A DNA stretch of 11,716 bases from Chlamydiia bacterium (GTDB lineage Bacteria > Chlamydiota > Chlamydiia > Chlamydiales > RGXB01), in NCBI GenBank assembly GCA_040382515.1, contig JBEIFH010000029.1:1-11716 (forward strand). Direction: 5' to 3'. Positions 6,428 through 11,716 of this stretch are shown piece by piece. The notes beneath the pieces were generated by a model. It made no database searches and was not told where the DNA came from. It saw only the letters and a program-made list of their open reading frames with translations. A program made the translations under genes and the position numbers. Each line of letters begins with the position of its first letter. Position 1 is the first letter of the stretch.

Positions 6428-7971
6428 ACCAATTCGACCTCCTCTAAATAGAGCGTTCCTTGAGGAATGGTCTTGAGATTTTTGATTTTTGAGGAGGCGA
6501 CGAACCCGTTGCGGAAATGGTAGATCGGAAAAATAGTTGCGGACTCGATGAGAACTCTTTCAGCTTGAGCCAAAAAGCGCTCCCTCTCCTTTATGGAGCG
6601 TGTTTTCCCGGCGAGGTGTAGAAGATCCGAGTATTTTGAGTCCTCGAAAGAGGGGTAATTCCTTAAATTGGCGGTGCTTCGAAATCGGTCCAAATAGGCG
6701 AGAGGATCCATATACTGCGCAAGAATGAAACTCCCTGCCATATCAAAATCCCTCTTGTAGAGCCTATCGAGGTACAATTTGGGCTCGAGTTGCTCAATCT
6801 GCAGGCGCACATCAAGACCCAGACGGATCTGCTCCTGAATCGCTTGGGCGATTTGAGGAAAAACTCCCCCTGCAGAAAAGGTGAAACGGATCTTGAGGTC
6901 CTCTTTTGCGATCCCCATTTCCTCTAGCGCCTCGTCCAGCAGCTGTTTGGCTTTGTATTTGTCCGTCACCCAAAGGTAGTTGCTTTCGGTTTCTCCCTGA
7001 AGCATCGGAGGTAAGATGCTGGTAGCTACTTTTTCATTTAAAAAAGTCAGATTGTCGACAAGGTCTTTACGGTCGATCGAGAGGATAAAGGCCTGGCGTA
7101 GCTTCTCGTTTTTGAAAAACTTCGATTTTGTGCTAAAACAGAGGAAGGTGGTCCCCGCTGTGTCAACCGACCTCAGATCATACTGTTTTTTTAACATCGG
7201 CAAAGAATCGACTGGTAACGTCGTAAAAGAAGAGCCGATCAGGTCTATTTCGCCCCTTTCGAACATTTCTAATGCCGTCATAGACTCCTCGACTAAAAAA
7301 AAGCGGATGTTTTCTAGCTTGACCCGCTCTTTTCCCCAGTAGCTTTTGTTTTTTTCGAGGTCGATGAGGTTCTTCGTCTGGTACTGTTTTAATGTATAGG
7401 GTCCGCTGTACAGAGGGGAGGCGTCCGAAGTTTCTTTATAAGGGAAAAAGGTGCAAAAGGCGGTAAGTTCCAAAAAATAGGGGATCGGCTCTATTAGATC
7501 GATTTTCAAGGTGTTGTCATCGAGCGCTTTGATCCCGACTGCACTTTCTGGTACATTTCCGAGTTTGCAGTCCTGGGCTCCTACAATAGGATAAAACAAA
7601 TAGGCGTTGGGGCAGGGGAATTTTGGGTCGAGAAGCTCCTTCCAGGATCGGGCAAAGTCGTGAGCGGTGATAGGGGTTTTATCGGACCAGTAGGCTTTTT
7701 TTAATTTAAAAATATAGGTAAGCCCTTGATTTGAGACCTCTATTTTTTCAGCAAGGGCAGGCTCGTATATTTTTTCGGGGGTGGAGCGGGTCAATCCCTC
7801 GTAGAGAAAAAAGGTAAGGGTAGAGGAGGAGAAGTCGGCCGCCTTTCTTGGGTCGAAAGTAGAGGGGTCCTGGCTTAAATTCAGATATAAAGGCTTTAAT
7901 GGCGCCTTAGTCGGTTTTTGAGAGCAGCCGGAAAGTATCAGTATGAAAAAGATGCTAAGATACTTGAACAT
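6424..7971 (-). CDS. oppA: Oligopeptide/peptide ABC transporter substrate-binding lipoprotein (SBP family 5)
   Basis: Family 5 motifs DPSTFDP, LYEGL, PALAE, YIFKLK, WSD..PITAHDF and SGPY. I reassigned the start to the ATG at 7971 (515 aa), which gives the lipoprotein signal MFKYLSIFFILILSG-C. The track's 8082 start would overlap the upstream gene and bury this signal. Confidence 0.9.
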   Translation of the reverse strand: MFKYLSIFFILILSGCSQKPTKAPLKPLYLNLSQDPSTFDPRKAADFSSSTLTFFLYEGLTRSTPEKIYEPALAEKIEVSNQGLTYIFKLKKAYWSDKTPITAHDFARSWKELLDPKFPCPNAYLFYPIVGAQDCKLGNVPESAVGIKALDDNTLKIDLIEPIPYFLELTAFCTFFPYKETSDASPLYSGPYTLKQYQTKNLIDLEKNKSYWGKERVKLENIRFFLVEESMTALEMFERGEIDLIGSSFTTLPVDSLPMLKKQYDLRSVDTAGTTFLCFSTKSKFFKNEKLRQAFILSIDRKDLVDNLTFLNEKVATSILPPMLQGETESNYLWVTDKYKAKQLLDEALEEMGIAKEDLKIRFTFSAGGVFPQIAQAIQEQIRLGLDVRLQIEQLEPKLYLDRLYKRDFDMAGSFILAQYMDPLAYLDRFRSTANLRNYPSFEDSKYSDLLHLAGKTRSIKERERFLAQAERVLIESATIFPIYHFRNGFVASSKIKNLKTIPQGTLYLEEVELV

Positions 7972-7977
7972 TTCTGC

Positions 7978-8007
7978 ATTAAAACAGATAGATAAAGCAA
8001 ATGTCAA
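7978..8007 (-). promoter_or_regulatory. Putative promoter for the oppA (7971) and 645-aa gene unit
   Basis: Perfect TTGACA (8007-8002), 18 nt, then TTTAAT (7983-7978) with a TG extension. The -10 box ends 6 nt before the ATG. Confidence 0.55.
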
Positions 8008-8036
8008 TGATTTTTTAATACAACAAAAAGATTCTT

Positions 8037-9644
8037 TTAAGAAACTCTGTGGCCATCTTTGGTTTTTGGAAATTCGATCCATTGTAGGTGGGGACTTCCG
8101 ATAGGGGAGATGTAAAATCCTCTGATCTTTTCTTGTTCCATATAAACATAATTTCCGTGGAAGATCGGGGTGAGTGGCGACTCGTCCATTAAGACTTTTT
8201 CCGCCTTTTCAAGAAGCTCGGCACGTAGTTCAGGATCAAATGTCGTTTCCGACATCTCCAATAAATCTCTAAACTCTTTGTTCTTCCAGCCCGGATAGTT
8301 GCGAAAATTTCTTCTGTTTTTAAAACGCTCCAATATCGAGTATTGGTCATTGTACATCGCAATCCACAGGAACTGCCCAAACTGATACTGTTTATTGTTG
8401 AGAAGAGTTAAAAATGTTTTAAATTCTACCCCCACAATCTCGATTTCTGTACCAAGAACAGCCTGGAAATTTTGCTGCAAGGTCTGGGCAATCCGGTCGT
8501 GGCAACCAAAAATAGGGTAGTGGTAGGTCAAGGGTGGTAGAGAAGGGAGCTTGAGCTCCTCTAGACCGATCGCAAGCTCTTTTCGGGCGGTATCGGGATC
8601 GTAAGACGCAAATAGAGGCTGTGATTTGTCTTTAAGTATTGGTGGAACGAAGGTTGTAGCAGCGCATTCCCCGTTTTGCATGATGTTTTCGACGATCGAT
8701 TCCCTATTGATCGCTAGGCTGAATGCTTTTCGGATATGCGGATTATGAAAAGGGAAAGCGGATACGTTGAAAGTTGTGAAAACCGTGAGGGCAAGATCTT
8801 TTTTCTTTAATTGCTTTTTTTTCCGAAAATCTTGGATCGAATCGACGGGTATGGTTGTGAAAGGGCCGCCGATCAAATCAAGTTCTTTTTGCTCGAAAAG
8901 GTTTAAAGCTGTTGACTCGTCGCGAAGCAAAAGAATGTGCACTTCTTCAGGTAAAACCTCTTCCTTTGCCCAGTAGGATTCATTTTTTTTCAGAATAATC
9001 TTTTCGTTTGGTTGGAACGCTATACAGGTGAAGGGGCCGTTTGAGGGGGGCTGTTGCACTTTTGACCATTTGGGATCTAGGCTTGCCTTCGCTTTTGGTA
9101 CGGGATAAAAAACGGGGAAACTCACCATTTGTAAAAAATAGGGGGCCGTGTGCTCCAGGTGGACTTCAAGGGTTTTATCGTCTAACGCCTTCACTCCGAA
9201 ACTCTTTGGATCCGCTTCGCCCATTTTGATCTTTTCCCCATTTTTAACGATGTAGAGCATGTGGGCATTCGGACAAAAAAAGCCGGGCTTTATACTCTCT
9301 TTCCAGGAGTATTCGAAGTCATAGGCTGTTACGGGTGTTTTATCAGACCAAAAAACCTCTTTGAGAATAAATGTATAGGTGAGCTTATCGCTTGATATGA
9401 TCACCTCTTTTGCCATCCCATGTGCTGCTGTGGAATTCTTGGTGATCCGCATCAGCCCTTCGTAAAGCTGAAAATGGAGCGCAGACGAAAACTGGTCTGA
9501 ACTTTTTCTAGGATCGAGCGTGGAGGGATCCTGGGTCATGTTGATACGTAGAACATGTTCCGATGATTTCTGATCTTTTGTTTCTCTTGTTAATAAAAAC
9601 AGGGTCATGGAAAGGAGGCTTAAAGGTATGATCATACGAAGCAT
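8037..9644 (-). CDS. oppA: Oligopeptide/peptide ABC transporter substrate-binding protein (SBP family 5), non-lipoprotein paralogue
   Basis: 535 aa with motifs DPSTLDPR, LYEGL, YTFILK, WSD..PVTAYDF, NGPF and IRKAFSLAINRE. The N-terminal hydrophobic stretch has no lipobox Cys. Confidence 0.92.
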   Translation of the reverse strand: MLRMIIPLSLLSMTLFLLTRETKDQKSSEHVLRINMTQDPSTLDPRKSSDQFSSALHFQLYEGLMRITKNSTAAHGMAKEVIISSDKLTYTFILKEVFWSDKTPVTAYDFEYSWKESIKPGFFCPNAHMLYIVKNGEKIKMGEADPKSFGVKALDDKTLEVHLEHTAPYFLQMVSFPVFYPVPKAKASLDPKWSKVQQPPSNGPFTCIAFQPNEKIILKKNESYWAKEEVLPEEVHILLLRDESTALNLFEQKELDLIGGPFTTIPVDSIQDFRKKKQLKKKDLALTVFTTFNVSAFPFHNPHIRKAFSLAINRESIVENIMQNGECAATTFVPPILKDKSQPLFASYDPDTARKELAIGLEELKLPSLPPLTYHYPIFGCHDRIAQTLQQNFQAVLGTEIEIVGVEFKTFLTLLNNKQYQFGQFLWIAMYNDQYSILERFKNRRNFRNYPGWKNKEFRDLLEMSETTFDPELRAELLEKAEKVLMDESPLTPIFHGNYVYMEQEKIRGFYISPIGSPHLQWIEFPKTKDGHRVS

Positions 9645-9653
9645 GAGTCAAAA

Positions 9654-9682
9654 ATAATACAAAAAAAGATTTTTTCGGTAAA
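9654..9682 (-). promoter_or_regulatory. Putative promoter for oppA (9644)
   Basis: The minus strand reads TTTACC (9682-9677), 17 nt, then TATTAT (9659-9654). The -10 box ends 9 nt before the ATG. Confidence 0.4.
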
Positions 9683-9731
9683 CTCTATTCTTAAATTCTA
9701 TTTGGATTCTTCTTTAGGATGCATTTCAAGT

Positions 9732-9750
9732 TGCTAAAATAAAAAAGGGT
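9732..9750 (+). promoter_or_regulatory. Putative extended -10 promoter and SD for the MFS gene at 9756
   Basis: TG-C-TAAAAT (9732-9740) followed by AAGGGT 5 nt before the ATG. No convincing -35 box. Confidence 0.4.
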
Positions 9751-9755
9751 AAAGT

Positions 9756-10922
9756 ATGGGTTGGTGGATGCTCTCTTTGACCCCTTATATCCCGTTTGTT
9801 TTAGTCTGTTTTCTGACTTTGCCCAGAATTTTGACGCAATCGTTTATCTTGCTTGCAATCCCTTTTTTGATCCGTGAACTCGATCTTACGGATTTGCAAG
9901 CACAATTCCTTTTCCCGACCTTGCTTGCTGGTATTATCCTATTTTTAATCCCTGCAGGTAAACTTGGTGATATTTTTGGATCTAGAAAAACACTGATTCT
10001 TTCTGGTTATGTTTTTGTGATTGGGGCCCTGATTGCAGGTTTCACCAAAAGCGTATACCTCTTTTTCCTAGCCCTCTTTTTACTGGGAGCTACTGCGGCT
10101 TTCAGCATGACACAAGGGTCTGCCTACATTACTGAAATTTTCCCATTCCGTTTACGCGGAAGGATCATAGGGCTTTTTTCAGGGCTGATCTCCCTCTGCA
10201 TTTTTATGGGGCCAGTCCTTGGGGGAGTGATCGCCCATCTAGGGCAAAAAGGGGTTTTTTTAACCATGCTCCCTTTTTTCATTCCAGCTTTGCTTTTATC
10301 CAATTTCCTCCCTAAGGTTCAAAGAGAAGATGCTAAGATAGTCAAAATCGAGTACCGGGATTTTTTGCAGCCCTCCTTTTTGAGCCATTGTTTTATCGCC
10401 CTTTCTTGGCAATCGATTATCTCATTGCTTATATTTTTTCCGGCCGAGTTTCAGTTGACTTTAGGTTATAGCCCTTTTGAGGCGGGCATTTTGTTTGCCA
10501 TATTAGCCTTGCCGTTCCCTATTTTCAGTCCCGTTGCGGGTTGGATTTTTGACCGGTTAGGTTCAAGGATCCCCTATAGCATAGGTTACATTTCTCTAGG
10601 GATAGGATGGATTTTAAGCTACAATAAGTTCGATAACGAGTCTTTAGTCGTTCTTGCCTTTGCTTTGGCATTTGTAATTCCGGTGACCGCCTCTGCCAGC
10701 TGGGGTTTTTTCAACCAAAAAAGTAGATCGACAGCTACGAGCATCTACTATCTTTTGAGATTTTTGGGGTCGATCATGGGGAGTCTCATTGCAGGCTATT
10801 TATTAGTCCAAAAAAATCTCGGGGTTAAATTTTTTCTAGTAAACTACACTTTGGCGATCGGTCTGGCCCTCTTAAGTGCTCCGGCCTTTTATTTTGCATG
10901 GAAAAACCCGGGCAAAAAATAG
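9756..10922 (+). CDS. MFS transporter, EmrB/QacA (DHA2)-like but short
   Basis: 388 aa. Motif A (GKLGDIFGSR), motif C-like MGPVLGG, a DHA2-like QLTLGYSPFEAG segment, a second motif A-like GWIFDRLGSR, and RFLGSIMG. Confidence 0.9.
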   Translation: MGWWMLSLTPYIPFVLVCFLTLPRILTQSFILLAIPFLIRELDLTDLQAQFLFPTLLAGIILFLIPAGKLGDIFGSRKTLILSGYVFVIGALIAGFTKSVYLFFLALFLLGATAAFSMTQGSAYITEIFPFRLRGRIIGLFSGLISLCIFMGPVLGGVIAHLGQKGVFLTMLPFFIPALLLSNFLPKVQREDAKIVKIEYRDFLQPSFLSHCFIALSWQSIISLLIFFPAEFQLTLGYSPFEAGILFAILALPFPIFSPVAGWIFDRLGSRIPYSIGYISLGIGWILSYNKFDNESLVVLAFALAFVIPVTASASWGFFNQKSRSTATSIYYLLRFLGSIMGSLIAGYLLVQKNLGVKFFLVNYTLAIGLALLSAPAFYFAWKNPGKK

Positions 10923-11048
10923 GGGCTCTTCCTATCTTGGTTAAAAGTAGAAGCTTGTAATTTATTTTATAAATAAATTGCCTAACTTTCCCTTTTTTGA
11001 TATGTAGAGGTTAGATTTTCTTTCTAAAAGGGATTTTAAAGGGCGACT

Positions 11049-11716
11049 ATGGATGAGCAGCGGCCGCAAGATACTGAAGCTTTATTAGATGCGGTGGACA
11101 TCCTGGCCGATGTTGCCGATATTGATCTGTCTTCCAAAGATTCCGTGTCGGCAGGGGGGATCAAGGCCCAATCTCTGAAAGAGAAATTTACGGTGATTCA
11201 CAACTACCTCAAGGATGTGAATAGAGCTCCGGGGGTCGATCAAAAATTGGCTCGAGGGGTGCAGTCTATCATCCAGCTTGCCTCGGAAGCCGCTTCAAAA
11301 ATCGACAAGATCATGCAGCAACAGGGGGTGAAGGGGGAGCGTTTTTCCACTTCCAAAGAGTTTACTGATCTGATCGGATTTTATAAAGAGACCCTGAAAA
11401 AGCGATTTGAAGAATCTCTAGAGCAAGAGGAGAGCTGGTACAAGGAATGGGTAGAGGAGGATTTCGATCCGGTAGATATCCAGCGTAAAGGGTTGCGTGA
11501 TCTTGAAATTGTGACCAAGGATAAACATTACGAACTCTTCTTTTTGACAAAAGAGGATGGGACCCGTTTTTACAACAAAAGTCTTTTGCGTCATTTGCGC
11601 CTTGTTGCCGATTTTGAAGCCCTCTTATTGAATCAAAAAGAGGAGGATCCGATCCTAAGGATAGAGAGGATGAAAGATCGCTCGATCTCAAGAATTGCAA
11701 GATCTATTAAAGAATC
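11049..11716 (+). CDS. Partial CDS (runs off the right edge): probable conserved chlamydial hypothetical protein
   Basis: Translated by hand. SD AAAGGG, then ATG at 11049 and 222 open codons to the edge: MDEQRPQDTEALLDAVDILADVADID...GLRDLEIVTKDKHYELFFLTKEDGTRFYNKSLLRHLRLVADF... It has a helical, charged composition and is not in the ORF track. Confidence 0.88.
   Translation, partial: MDEQRPQDTEALLDAVDILADVADIDLSSKDSVSAGGIKAQSLKEKFTVIHNYLKDVNRAPGVDQKLARGVQSIIQLASEAASKIDKIMQQQGVKGERFSTSKEFTDLIGFYKETLKKRFEESLEQEESWYKEWVEEDFDPVDIQRKGLRDLEIVTKDKHYELFFLTKEDGTRFYNKSLLRHLRLVADFEALLLNQKEEDPILRIERMKDRSISRIARSIKE

Noticed and set aside
7972..8082. 37-aa N-terminal extension of OppA in the ORF track
   Set aside because: It overlaps the upstream oppA 3' end, spans a promoter-like AT-rich spacer, and would bury the lipoprotein signal that begins at 7971.
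1278..9229. Short ORFs at 1278, 3329, 3594, 4745, 5001, 5165, 5274, 5727, 6036, 7016, 8189, 8767 and 9041
   Set aside because: All lie inside well-supported long genes, either antisense or out of frame, and show no recognisable motifs.
10919..10935. Hairpin ATAGGG-GCTCT-TCCTAT after the MFS stop as an intrinsic terminator
   Set aside because: The stem is weak and lacks a proper U-tract, so it cannot be supported.
11362..11700. 112-aa minus-strand ORF
   Set aside because: It is the antisense shadow of the longer plus-strand CDS starting at 11049.

Overview
This window looks like chromosomal DNA from a Chlamydiota bacterium, probably an environmental lineage. That assignment is inferred from the protein families and was not confirmed by a search. 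In order, it contains: a partial minus-strand ORF missing from the ORF track (<1-542, Inc-like hydrophobic hairpin), a TetA-like MFS transporter, a 141-aa hypothetical gene, a short stand-alone secretin of the CdsC/SctC type, a 645-aa soluble hypothetical translationally coupled to an OppA lipoprotein, a second OppA paralogue, a divergent DHA2-like MFS transporter, and a partial plus-strand ORF also missing from the track (11049->11716). The most unusual structure is at 2507-2855. Here the last ~18 codons of the 141-aa gene are reiterated as 7 variant, mosaic tandem units of 45-52 bp. Each unit encodes an alternative C-terminus, and six of the seven are 3n+1 long. Other observations are a palindromic, possibly bidirectional promoter upstream of a structured intergenic segment, a second structured intergenic element, and apparently leaderless oppA transcripts. 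I found no CRISPR array, rRNA, tRNA, transposase or reverse transcriptase.
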